From Eledone cirrhosa (Eukaryota): DNA of 64,000 nt. This document shows, piece after piece, positions 13,327 through 24,333 of the stretch. A program made the translations under genes and the position numbers. The notes under the pieces are model-generated. The model saw nothing but the letters and a program-made list of their open reading frames with translations, had not been told where the DNA came from and did no database searches. The DNA is taken from the NCBI GenBank assembly GCA_964016885.1, contig OZ024740.1, forward strand, positions 155,558,001 through 155,622,000, given 5' to 3'. Numbering within the stretch: the stretch's first letter is position 1; each line of letters begins with the position of its first letter.

Positions 13327-13693
13327 GGGGGATTGGAAATAGCACGAAAAATATATTTAAAGGATCTGTTTTTCTTCTTTCATTCGTCAGTGACATATTA
13401 TAGAAAAAAAATGAGAGGAACAATTTAAAAAAAAAAAGGACTTTTATAATGTATATAAAATATAACCAGTTTCGATGTATCAGTGTAATCCGTCTTATCA
13501 AATGCTGAATATTACAATCGAAAAGAATTTAAAATTAAGTGTTGAAGCAGGTCTGTTCATCTTTCTTGTATATAAATATTTATATTTATTTTCCTAATAT
13601 AAATTTACTGTCAATTCATAATTGTGTTAAATATCTATTTCAGATGATAGGTTGTATACAGAGGTCTGACTAAAACAATTAATCATATTCTAC

Positions 13694-15531
13694 CATCATC
13701 ATCATCATCATCATCATCAACGTTTAACGTCCGTGTTCCACGCTTGCATGGGTTTGGACGGGGGTAGTCCCACTTGAGGCAAGAGTGATTGTCTTGCTCG
13801 CATAGGACTGTCTGGCAGGTTTTCTACAGTTGGATGCCCTTCCTAACACCAACCACATTTACAGTGTGGGTCTGGGAGGTTTTTACCGTGTTGCCTACAC
13901 GGCCACATTACAGCGTGGACTGTGTGTTTTTTTGTCGTGACACCTACACGATCTCATTTGTTTCGGCCTGGATGGCGCGGCACCAACATAACTTTACATA
14001 GGACGGGGTGGTGTGGATGGGTGGGGGTGGTGGCGGGACAGGGTGTATTTTGTTAGAGATGCCTACTGGCAAGGCGGGTCTTCTCTGTTACTGAGTACCG
14101 CCAAAGGTCTCGGTCCAGTGACATTGTCTTGGAGAGGTGTAAGTGTGTGAGGTCGGAGTTTATCAGCTCATCCCAGGTTTTTCTAGGTCTGCCTATTCCG
14201 TGGCTACCGTCTATCTTTATTGCCCTGCACTTTGTTATACAGCTGTCGTCTTTCATGCGCATCACGTGACCGTACCAACGTAGCCTTCTCTCGAGTAAAC
14301 AACATCTGATCCCTCTTATTTCTAATTTTTTCCTTAGTTCGTTTATGCTTTGCCGTTCACGTATATTACTGTTACACATCCAGCGGAGCATGCAAGCTTC
14401 GTTCCTCTCTAGTCTGCGTATATCCTCTGCACACAATGCCCAGGTCTCACTGCCATGCAACATTGCTGTTCGTATGCAGGCATCGTACAACCTGCCTTTC
14501 ATTTTGAGGGAGAACCCTTTAGCAGCTAATAGTGGTATAAGCTCTCTGAACTTTTTCCAACCAGTTCTGACTCTAGCTACAGTACTTTCAGAGCACCCTC
14601 CCCCACTGCTGATTTTATCGCCCAGGTAACGGAAGCTGTCCACTATTTCTATAGAACCCTCTGCGCAATTGAAAGAGCTAGTATTTTGTGGGCACTTGCT
14701 GCTACTTATTGCACCAGAACACCGGCCACATGTAAAATCTATGTTCTTAGTTAGCTTACCTGTGATCCCACTACATCTTTTATGCACCCATACTTTGCAT
14801 TTAGGACATAAAATGGAGTTTCTACCTACGCCTTTCCTACACACCGAGCACGACCATTTCCCAGAAGGGACCGCCGCCTTGTTTTCTTTCCTACAAACTA
14901 GAACTTTGGTCTTAGCCAGGTTAATTTTAAGTCCTTTTGACTCTAGGCCGTGCTTCCATGTTTGGAATTTCTTCTCTAGCTCGACCATTGATTCCGCTAT
15001 GAGTGTCAGGTCGTCTGCGTATAGGAGTTCCCATGGGCAGCCTGTCTTGAACTCCTCTGTTATAGCCTGAAGGGCAATAATAAATAGTAGGGGGCTGAGA
15101 ACAGAGCCCTGATGGACGCCAACTTTTACGCTAAACTCTTCACTATATTCGTTGTTAATTCTAACCTTGCTGACTGTTTCTTTATACATGGCTTGTATAG
15201 CCTTCACAAGCCATTCGTCAACCCCTAGTTTTCTAAGAGCCCACCAGATAATGGAGCGGGGGACTCTGTCGAAGGCTTTCTCCAAGTCGACAAAAGCTAA
15301 GTAGAGGGGTTTACCTTTAGCTAGGAACTTCTCCTGTAGTTGTCGTACTATGAAAAGAGCGTCTGTGGTACTTTTGCCTGACACAAACCCGAACTGCATT
15401 TCATCTAGGTCAATTCTCTCTCTGATTAGTTGCGCTATTACTTTTTCCGTGACCTTCATGACCTGGTCGATTAATTTAATGCCTCTATAGTTACTCCTAT
15501 CTAGGGCGTCTCCTTTACCCTTATAACAGTT
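13694..15531 (-). mobile_element. RTE-clade LINE, 3' part (element A)
   Basis: RT ORF, 3' UTR and (GAT)n tail, read as (CAT)n at 13694-13718 on +. Confidence 0.95.
14053..15531 (-). CDS. Non-LTR retrotransposon reverse transcriptase (5'-interrupted), with an internal PHD-like finger
   Basis: Open frame from NCYKGKGD through QFGF, FVDLEKAFD, GVHQGSVLSP, LLYADD, FRYLG, RLRWYGHV and GRP motifs. Confidence 0.92.
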   Translation of the reverse strand, partial: NCYKGKGDALDRSNYRGIKLIDQVMKVTEKVIAQLIRERIDLDEMQFGFVSGKSTTDALFIVRQLQEKFLAKGKPLYLAFVDLEKAFDRVPRSIIWWALRKLGVDEWLVKAIQAMYKETVSKVRINNEYSEEFSVKVGVHQGSVLSPLLFIIALQAITEEFKTGCPWELLYADDLTLIAESMVELEKKFQTWKHGLESKGLKINLAKTKVLVCRKENKAAVPSGKWSCSVCRKGVGRNSILCPKCKVWVHKRCSGITGKLTKNIDFTCGRCSGAISSSKCPQNTSSFNCAEGSIEIVDSFRYLGDKISSGGGCSESTVARVRTGWKKFRELIPLLAAKGFSLKMKGRLYDACIRTAMLHGSETWALCAEDIRRLERNEACMLRWMCNSNIRERQSINELRKKLEIRGIRCCLLERRLRWYGHVMRMKDDSCITKCRAIKIDGSHGIGRPRKTWDELINSDLTHLHLSKTMSLDRDLWRYSVTEKTRLASRHL

Positions 15532-16884
15532 ATATCAGCTTACGCACCCCAATCGGGGCTGCCAGACGAACTTAAGGATAGGTTTTACGAGTCCCTAATA
15601 CACACTACTGCTCTAACAGACGACAAGGACTTCCTAATCATTGCAGGAGATTTTAACGGACACGTAGGTAAACACTGCGACGGCTTCAATAGAGTACATG
15701 GAGGCCATGGAGTTGGCACAAGGAATGAGGAAGGATTCAGACTTCTAGAATTCTGCGACGCCAATGACATGTCGATATGTAACACAAACTTTAAAAAACC
15801 CGACAACCACCTGATCACCTATAGATCAGGGGAGCACTCTAGTCAGTTAGATTTTATCCTCATCAGAGGACGTGACAGATGGACGGTCGTAAACACAAAA
15901 GCCTTCCCTAGTGAGGAATGTACATCCCAACATAGCTTAGTTGTCAGCGACCTCACGGTCAGAACTAGACGAGCCCTGAAACAGAGGCCAACCTGGAGAA
16001 GAAAGATCTGGAAGCTGAAAGTCCCCTCAACCAGTAACAGATTTAAAGATATTTTACTCAACGCCTACGACAGTAAAGAAGAACAGATAGAGACATTTAA
16101 CGTAGAAGAGAACTGGGAGTTCCTAAAAAATAACTTACTAGAGGCGACGGATGAGGTTTGTGGCTGGAGTAAGACCTCAAGCAGGAGGAGAGTGACTTGG
16201 TGGTGGAACAATAAGGTAGATGAAGCAGTCAAGGCCAAGAGACAGGCATGGAAAGAATGGAAGAACGGGGGGAGCAGGGTACATTACATAGAGACCAAGA
16301 GGGAAGCTAGGCGACAAGTATACTTAGCTAGGAGGAAAGCAGAGGATAGAAAATTCAAGCATGTTTTACAACGTGAGGACCAGAAACAGGAGGTATTCAA
16401 GATTGCGAGGCAGTGTGTCAGAGATAGTTGTGATGTCATTGGAGAGAAGTGTATCCGGAATGATAAAGGTGAGCTTGCCCTCACAAGTGCTGAGAAGAAA
16501 GATGCATGGAAGAGTCATTATGATAGATTACTAAATGAGGAGAATGCATGGGAAGAAGAGACCCTACCCCACGTAGACCCTATAGAGGGACCAGCAGTAC
16601 AAGTCAGCGGCAGCGTAGTAAGTAAGGCAATCAGAGATATGAAGATAGGGAAGGCAACCGGTCCATCGGGTATAGCTGCCGAGATGCTGAAGGCATCTGG
16701 GTCTGTAGGTCACACTATAACCACACGTATCGTTAACCAGGTAATACTAGAGGGGGCCATACCAAAAGATTGGTGCAGTAGCATCATTGTCAACTGCTAC
16801 AAAGGTAAAGGCGATGCACTAGATAGAGGAAACTATAGAGGTATAAAGTTGATGGACCAGGTCATGAAAGTAACAGCTGATTAG
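15532..16884 (+). CDS. LINE ORF2 N-terminal part: APE endonuclease and linker, ended by a frameshift
   Basis: ISAYAP, IIAGDFNGHVG, TYRSG..SQLDFIL, SQHSLVV, WWNNKV, GKATGPSG and NYRGIKL motifs. The frame is open from 15532, upstream of the first ATG at 15769. Confidence 0.9.
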   Translation: MSAYAPQSGLPDELKDRFYESLIHTTALTDDKDFLIIAGDFNGHVGKHCDGFNRVHGGHGVGTRNEEGFRLLEFCDANDMSICNTNFKKPDNHLITYRSGEHSSQLDFILIRGRDRWTVVNTKAFPSEECTSQHSLVVSDLTVRTRRALKQRPTWRRKIWKLKVPSTSNRFKDILLNAYDSKEEQIETFNVEENWEFLKNNLLEATDEVCGWSKTSSRRRVTWWWNNKVDEAVKAKRQAWKEWKNGGSRVHYIETKREARRQVYLARRKAEDRKFKHVLQREDQKQEVFKIARQCVRDSCDVIGEKCIRNDKGELALTSAEKKDAWKSHYDRLLNEENAWEEETLPHVDPIEGPAVQVSGSVVSKAIRDMKIGKATGPSGIAAEMLKASGSVGHTITTRIVNQVILEGAIPKDWCSSIIVNCYKGKGDALDRGNYRGIKLMDQVMKVTAD

Positions 16885-18247
16885 GGACCGGGTGAATATA
16901 GACGAGATGCAATTTGGGTTTGTTCCAGGGAAAGGCACCACTGATGCGCTCTTCCTTGTGAGGCAATTACAGGAAAAGTACCTAGCTAAAAGTAAGCCAC
17001 TCTACTTGGCATTTGTCGACCTTGAGAAAGCCTTTGACAGAGTTCCACGTGCAGTAATCTGGTGGGCTCTTAGAAAACTAGGAGTAGATGAATGGCTTGT
17101 GAAAGCGGTACAAGCCATGTATAGGGGAGCAGTCAGCAAAGTTAGGATTGGCAATGAGTATAGCGAGGAATTTAGCGTACAGGTTGGGGTCCACCAGGGC
17201 TCTGTTCTTAGCCCTCTCCTGTTCATCATAGTCCTGCAGGCAATAACGGAGGAGTTTAAGACCGGATGCCCATGGGAACTCCTGTATGCTGATGACCTCG
17301 CACTCATAGCTGAATCTATGGTAGAACTAGAGAATAAATTCCAAACCTGGAAGCAGGGACTAGAGAGAAAGGGCCTCAAAGTCAACATGACAAAGACTAA
17401 GGTCCTTATAAGTAGACGAGAAAACAGAACCCAGATCCCCTCAGGGAAATGGCCTTGCTCAGTATGTAGGAAAGGTGTAGGTAGGAACTCCATTCTTTGC
17501 CCCAAATGCAAACAATGGGTACACAAGAGATGTAGCGGGATCTCAGGAAGCTTAATTAAGAATGTAGGATTCACATGCAGCAGCTGTGCTGAAACAGCAA
17601 GCAAACAGCCACAGGAAACAAGTACCACCAATCTCTGGGAGGGCCCTGTAGAAACAGTAGACAGCTTCTGCTACCTAGGTGACCGAATTAGCAACGGAGG
17701 TGGGTGCTCAGAAAGTATAATAACTAGGGTAAGAACGGGATGGAAGAAGTTTAGGGAACTACTACCACTGCTAGCTGCAAAAGGCTTCTCCCTCAGAATG
17801 AAAGGCAGACTGTATGATGCGTGTATCCGAACAGCGATGTTGCATGGTAGTGAGACCTGGGCGCTGAAGGTGGAAGACTTACGTAGATTAGAGAGAAACG
17901 AAGCCTGCATGCTCCGATGGATGTGTAACAGTAATATACGTGAACGACAAAGCATAAATGAATTGAGAGAGAGACTGAGCATAAGAGGAATCAAATGCTG
18001 CGTGCAGGAGAGGCGGTTACGCTGGTATGGACATGTGATGCGTATGAAGGATGACAGCTGCATAAAAAGGTGCAGAGCACTAGAAGTTGATGGAAACCGC
18101 GGAGTGGGGAGACCCAAGATGACTTGGGATGAGGTGATAAAAGCCGACCTTACCCAACTACACCTCTCAAAGTCAATGACACACGACCGTGACTTCTGGC
18201 GTCACGCAGTAATACAGGGTACCCGACCTCCCATGGGTACATGCTGA
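16877..18247 (+). CDS. LINE ORF2 C-terminal part: reverse transcriptase with PHD-like insertion
   Basis: QFGF, FVDLEKAFD, GVHQGSVLSP, LLYADD, FCYLG and RLRWYGHV motifs. Continues the upstream ORF after a small deletion. Confidence 0.9.
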   Translation: MIRDRVNIDEMQFGFVPGKGTTDALFLVRQLQEKYLAKSKPLYLAFVDLEKAFDRVPRAVIWWALRKLGVDEWLVKAVQAMYRGAVSKVRIGNEYSEEFSVQVGVHQGSVLSPLLFIIVLQAITEEFKTGCPWELLYADDLALIAESMVELENKFQTWKQGLERKGLKVNMTKTKVLISRRENRTQIPSGKWPCSVCRKGVGRNSILCPKCKQWVHKRCSGISGSLIKNVGFTCSSCAETASKQPQETSTTNLWEGPVETVDSFCYLGDRISNGGGCSESIITRVRTGWKKFRELLPLLAAKGFSLRMKGRLYDACIRTAMLHGSETWALKVEDLRRLERNEACMLRWMCNSNIRERQSINELRERLSIRGIKCCVQERRLRWYGHVMRMKDDSCIKRCRALEVDGNRGVGRPKMTWDEVIKADLTQLHLSKSMTHDRDFWRHAVIQGTRPPMGTC

Positions 18248-18548
18248 AGCATATAAACAATATGCCCCCCCCCCCCCACCGCAAGGTGGTCGTGGAGGTG
18301 CCACGGCAAAAAAGCACCCAGCCCACACTGTAAAGTGGACGTGTAGGCGCCACGAAAAAGCACCCAGCACTCACTGTAAATGAGGTTGGTGTTAGGAAGG
18401 GCATCCAGCTGTAGAAATCAAGCCAGATCAGTTCCTGTATGAGCAAGGCATGGTCAGCCGACCAGACACTGCCCACAACAGGACAACCCGTCTAACCCAT
18501 GCTAGCGTGGAAGAACGGACGTAAAACGGTGATGATGATGATGATGAT

Positions 18549-18852
18549 GATGATGCTGCTATGCCAGTCCTTCGGAACAACCCCATTCTGTACGACTTGG
18601 TTAACTATGCGGGTGACCATGGTGTGTCCCACCGTGCCAGATGCCTTCAGCATCTCAGCAACTATTTCCGAAGGCCCAGCCGCCTTACCTGTCTTCATAT
18701 CCTTGATTGCCTTACTTATTATACTCCCCTCGACTAACACTGCTGGTCCCTCTATTGGGTCGACATGGGGGAGACTGTCTTTCTCCCATTTATTCTCCTC
18801 ATTTAGTAGCCTTTCATAGTGACACTTCCAAGCTACCTTCTTATCAGTGTCG
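18549..18852 (-). mobile_element. RTE LINE fragment C, the upstream part of element A
   Basis: Translates DKKVAWKCHYERLLNEEN...PKDWHSSII, which in element B directly precedes VNCYKGKG, where A resumes. Confidence 0.9.
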
Positions 18853-20496
18853 AAAAAAAGATAACATATCTTGGAGCAGATATATAACAAATGAGCACAT
18901 CTATGTGTGAAAACACATGGCTTTATGGTATTTTGCTCACAATCGTATGGTTATGGGCTCAATTCCTGGTATTGTGTTGAGTTCTTGAACAAGATACTTT
19001 ATTTCACATTGTTCCAGTCCCCTCAGATAGCAAAAACGAATTGGATCTGTAATTCAAAGGGCTAGCCATGTCACAAACATGTCATGCTGAATTTTCCTGA
19101 TAATTACATTATGGGTGCACGTATCTGTGGAATGCTAAGCTACTTGCATGCTAATTTCTGCTGTTCAGACAACTAAAACACTAATCATTGAAAGAAACAG
19201 AGGTCCAACACACATCCATATGGAGATGTTTTTGATTACTAGCTAAATAAGTATTTCATTAACTTGTGGTTTATTTACTTCTACAAAAATATATGATAAA
19301 TACATCTGTACTGTGACTGTAGAATATTTAACTTAAGCTGTGTGAATGTGTCAGTAAATACATTGACATATGTAAACATGTGACCTTTTTGTTTTTACAT
19401 ATTTCTCTGTGGATCTAAACAGCATGAAGGATCTGACTTCAATTTCAAATACAACTGGAGTCATCTTCAGTGATTGTTTATTCATCTCCCATTCTATAGA
19501 GAAATATGCAACTCTATAAACTCACCTGACCCATAGTTAGGGTGTTAGACTCAGGGTTATATGGCCAAGGATTCGATTCTTGGACTGGGTGGCACTTTGT
19601 GTTCATAAGCAAGATGCTTCATTTTAAATGTTTTTTTCATAAGATTGTGGCCCCTATCATTAAAACACCTAAGAAATCTCCTATGGGATGCAATTAACTT
19701 ACATAGCTGTGAGCTGTGAATTTCATTCTTCATTTCAAATATGAAAGTAATCGCCATTTTTAAATCTAAATTTGCATAATATTAGTGTTTACACTGGTAG
19801 TTAAATTGTGCATTAAGCAGCTGAGGTGTACAGTAAACACATATCTATATGGACGCAGTTCAGGATATAACCCTTTTTGTTAATGTATTTCTAATATATT
19901 TCATTTAATTTTGAAACTAGTAAAAAAACTAGTAGAATTTTGTAAAATAACCAACATTTTCATTATTAAGTTAATACTTGGAGCATTACTTAATATAAAG
20001 ATCTTATATAAAATTAAGAACACTTTGAAACAAGCAGTTTTTGTATCTTAGAACCAGAGGCAATTTCAAGAAGATTGATATCAAATGGGTTACCCAAAAC
20101 TGTATAAATGTGTAAATAAATACACTGACATATGTAAACATGTATTAGTGTATCTTTTATGTATTTCTCCACAGACTGAAAAAGAGTGAAAGATCTGTCT
20201 TGAGTTTCAACTCTAATTGAAGCCTCCCTTTGAGATCATTTACACCTATGTCAGTCCACAGAAATATGCAACTAATGGTTTTATAAACCCAACAAAGATT
20301 ATAGTATCAGCAAATTAGAGATCTAATTAATATAATCCAAGCTGTATGCAATATAAACTTGAGATATAGAATATATTAGAAATAGTCTGGTAAAGACATA
20401 ACTCCTTTTGTTACCAGCTTTCTAAAGGAATATACTGCCATTGTATTTCAGTTAATATTGAAAATAATAAATTTCATTATTAGTAGAAACATCAGG

Positions 20497-20915
20497 GTGG
20501 TGGATTGGCAGTATCGGTAGTGTTGGACACTATGCTTTACAGCATAGAGTTTTGTCCCTTTACGTTCTAAGTTCAAATCCTGCCGAGGGTAGCTTTGCCT
20601 TTCATCCTTACGGGGGTCGATAAAATAAAGTACCAGTCACGCACTGGGGTCAATTTAATAGACTTTCTCCTCCCCCGAAATTGCTAGCCTTATTATTAAG
20701 TTGAAATATGGGGAGGGGGATTAGCAGAATCGATAGAGTAACAGATAAAATGATTTACACCATTTAGTTACAGCCCTTAAATTCTGAGTTCAAATTCTGC
20801 TGAGGTTAACTTTGCCTTTCACCCTTGCAGGGTTGATAAAATAATGTATCAAGCAAGTACTGGGGTTAATATAATTGACTTTGCCCTCCCTCCAAAACAA
20901 CTGGCCTTGTGCCTA
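20497..20915 (+). mobile_element. Two tandem SINE family 1 copies
   Basis: Each has the ggattggcag/ggattagcag head, gttcaaat B-box and tttgcctttca core. Confidence 0.8.
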
Positions 20916-21305
20916 AATTATTATTAAACTGAGATATGGCATATATTAGAAATAGTCTGATCAAATTATTTTGTATTGGTTATTGTAAGTTTTGGCGCTA
21001 CGCATGACGATGCTTTGGGATTGCTGGCTTAGGTAAACCCTGAGCTCGTTGAGCAAGTGCAAGAAAAAGAAAATTGTAAGCTGGTTTAAAACATGCAAAA
21101 AAAAAACAAATGAAAGGAAAATAGGTAAGAGTTGATTGAAGGTAGGATTAAACTTTAATCCATCTCTTACTATATTTCAAATGAAATACTACCAATGATT
21201 TCCAAATAATTTTGACGATAATGTAAAAATTTGAAGGGATTTATGAATATAACTAATTTTTCAGGGTTTCAAGCATAAATTAAAAGTTCTTACATAAACA
21301 AACAT

Positions 21306-21720
21306 TAACCTTTTTTGTTACCATATTTTTAGTAAAAGAAACTGCCTATGAATCATCATCATCATCGTTTAACGTCCATTTTTCCATGCTGGCATGGGTT
21401 AGATGAGTTATAATACTGTGAGCAATGCCAGGACAGGTGACCATATCTTGCTCATACAGAACTGATTTTGGCATGATTTCTACAGCTAGGTGCCATAGAA
21501 ACCAAGCCAAAATTGGTTCAGAATGTGGAAATAATTAAGAAATTGGAGGGAATTAGTAATGTAACTAATTTTCTCATTATTAACCTGGTGTTTGGGACAG
21601 AACATAATAGTTCTTACATAGAAGTATAATGAAAACATTTTATAGATACTATAAAACCAATAGTTTTTGTATCATAGAACCAAAGGGAGTTTTCAGGTAG
21701 TTTGGTATCAAAATGGTTAA
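21306..21720. mobile_element. Longer piggyBac-like MITE interrupted by an RTE 3'-tail fragment (~21353-21510, -)
   Basis: TTAAccttttttgttaccatattt ... tttggtatcaaaatggTTAA. Related copies near 19868-20092 and 45439-45626. Confidence 0.55.
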
Positions 21721-22046
21721 TAAACCAGATGGTTGCTCTACCTACTTTGTAGCAGGTAGATGAACCCCACAGAGGTGTCCTATTTACACATATGGTTTAA
21801 AGGGGGCTAAATCACTATAAGATACAGTTAAATTCTTAGACAGCATTACATAACACATTTAGAGAGCGAATCATTGGATATCTTTCATATTATTTTTACA
21901 ATGACTGTGATTCACATATTTTACACACTGCATATATGTGTGTGTGTGTGTTTATACACACACACACATATTATCATTACTTTTTAATGTCCATGTTTTC
22001 ATGCTAGCATGGATTAGATAGAGTATATATATATACATACAAACCT

Positions 22047-22748
22047 GTCAAAAGTGATTACACAGTTTTCGAGATCTCTGGCAATATGTAGTACTACAGA
22101 AGACCTGCCTTCCCATGTGCACAGGGTGAAGTAAACATCTAGAGGACATTAGTATATACCAATGTTCTTCTCTACACCATTCATACACCTCCCATGTCTT
22201 AACATTCCACCCTTCCCCAGCTAAGTGCACCACCTTAGACCTACCTCTACAATCCCCATCCTGCATGCATGTATTACACCCTTCCCCCAACTCCCTATTT
22301 TCAACATCTGATACACCTGTCTTGTCCAACTCATGCATACAAGCATAGATAGCTAGGCATGCTCTTCCAAAATACTGCTGAAATAGTTAACAGTTCTCAG
22401 TCCACCATGTATGGTGCTCATGCTGGTGACATGACAAAATAGCACTCGGTTCACCCTGTAAGTTGGTCATGCTGGTGACATGACAGATAAGCACTCAGTA
22501 CACCGTGTATGGTGTTCGTGCTGGTGACACAAAAATACCCCAGGCCAGTGGGTTGTTATGGTGGCACGATAAAAATCACCCAGCCCACCTTGTAAAGTTA
22601 TTGTATTGGTAACATAACAAAAAGTAGCCAGTTCACCCTGTATGATGGTCATGCTGGTGACACGAAAAGTACCCAGTCCAACCTGTCAGTTGGTCATTTT
22701 GGTGCCACGACAAAAAGGACTGTCCACGGTATAAATGGGGTTGGTATT
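22047..22748 (+). mobile_element. RTE LINE 3' end with expanded 3'-UTR tandem array
   Basis: ORF2 C-terminus homologue (RDLWQYVVLQKTCLPMCTG*) followed by ~7 degenerate 40-49 bp units. Confidence 0.75.
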
Positions 22749-22870
22749 ACAATATCGAAATGATTACAAAACAATACTGATACAGTATCCATACAATATA
22801 AATACAATATCAAACAATACCAAAACAATACTGATACAATACCAAAACAATATAAATACAATATTGATAT
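22749..22870. repeat. 11-bp period minisatellite (ACAATAnnnAn), ~11 units
   Basis: acaatactgat / acaataccaaa / acaatataaat / acaatattgat units, followed by (TA)n(GA)n. Confidence 0.8.
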
Positions 22871-22876
22871 ATATAT

Positions 22877-22939
<63 letters not shown>

Positions 22940-23279
22940 CAGACAGAAAAAGAGGAAGTGAGAGAGAGACACATAACACAATAAAAGATATTAAACATGT
23001 AATGTCTAAATATGTGATAATGTAATAATGTGTAACCAAATATGAATGTAGTTTAGTAGCCAGAATATTATATAAAGAGAATAGAACTAACCTTTCATTT
23101 AAAACTATTACATCAGGTACGCACTTACATAGCTGTATAAGAGGCTATCAAATAGCTTTGTTCCTGATTCACTATAAGTGTATGAAAATGTATTGTCTGA
23201 AAGGATACTTTAGATAGAAATATATATAAGTATATCTGCCATGAAAAAATGCAGCCAGTACACTCTTTTTAGTAATAAT

Positions 23280-23468
23280 TGTTTCTACTTTTGGCACAAG
23301 GCCAGCAATTACCCAGTGTATTACTGGTACTTTATTTTATCGACCCTGTAAGGATGAAAGGCAAAATTAACCTCAGCGGGATTTGAACTCAGAATGGCAA
23401 GGGCCGTAACTCTATGCATCAAAGCATGGCGTCCGACCCTCTACCGATACTGCCAATCCACCGCCCTA
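23280..23468 (-). mobile_element. Young SINE family 1 with TSD, inserted in an RTE 3'-tail relic (~23240-23776)
   Basis: 18-bp direct repeat actctttttagtaataat at 23262-23279 and 23469-23486. Confidence 0.9.
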
Positions 23469-24109
23469 ACTCTTTTTAGTAATAATGTTGGTGCAACAGT
23501 AACATGCACTCAGTACACTCTGTAAAGTGACAGTGCTGGTGCTCCAAAAATGCACCTAGTACACTCTGTAAAGTGGTAGTGTTGCTGTCATGATAAACTG
23601 CACCTAGTATATATTGTAAAGTGATTGGTGATATGTATGGCATTTGGCTGTAGAAACCATGCCAAACTGGAACATATGAACACGTGGTCATCAGACATGT
23701 CTAGTCTCAGAATGTGATAGCTCTTTGAATCCATGCCAGCATGCAACATGGACGTAAAACTATGATGATGATGATGAACAATGGGTTCTAATTTAGGTAC
23801 AAGGCCAGCAATTTTCTGGGAAGTTGATTACCTCAATCCCAGTACTTGACTGGTACTTTATTTTATCAACCCCAGAGGGATTAAAGGCAAAGTTGGCCAT
23901 AGCCAGATTTGAACTCAGAATATAGACAGCAAGAACAAATATTGCAAAGTTTTTTGCCCAATACTCTATCAATTCTTCCAATCCATCATGCTCAATAATG
24001 ATAATTATTATAATAATAAACAAAAATATTTTATTGTAAAAAATGCAAGTGTTTTTTGTGGTTATGAAAATGGAAAAAGAAGGGAAAGGGAAGGGCTCTA
24101 GGTCACAGA

Positions 24110-24333
24110 AGGGTGTAAAGTGGTTGTGTAGATGTCATGACAAAAAGCACCCAGCACAATTGTAAATGAGGTTGGCATCAGGAAGGGCATCCAGCCATAG
24201 AAACCAAGCCAGAAACAGTTCTGCGTGAGCAAGACATGGTCACCTGATCCAACTTGCCTTAAGCGGGACAGCTCGTCTAACCCATGTTAGCATGGAAGAA
24301 TGGACATTAAACAGTGACAATGATGATGATGAT
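24110..24333 (+). mobile_element. RTE LINE 3'-UTR fragment
   Basis: aaaaagcacccagcac...ggaagggcatccagcc...aacccatgttagcatggaa...(GAT)n. Confidence 0.85.

Larger units (their letters stand above)
15532..18554 (+). mobile_element. RTE-clade LINE (element B), 5'-truncated, inserted inside element A/C
   Basis: APE endonuclease plus RT coding sequence, 3' UTR and (GAT)8 tail at 18531-18554. Confidence 0.95.

Noticed and set aside
15500-15560. Twin-priming inversion or head-to-head double insertion
   Set aside because: Fragment C at 18549-18852 supplies the missing upstream part of A, so simple nesting explains the junction.
14345-18117. Antisense ORFs overlapping the RT genes (e.g. 17002-17631, 14669-15070)
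   Set aside because: Shadow ORFs of LINE coding sequence with no independent motifs.
22401-22748. Possible CRISPR-like array
   Set aside because: Units are degenerate along their whole length, there are no unique spacers or cas genes, and the unit is part of the RTE 3' UTR.
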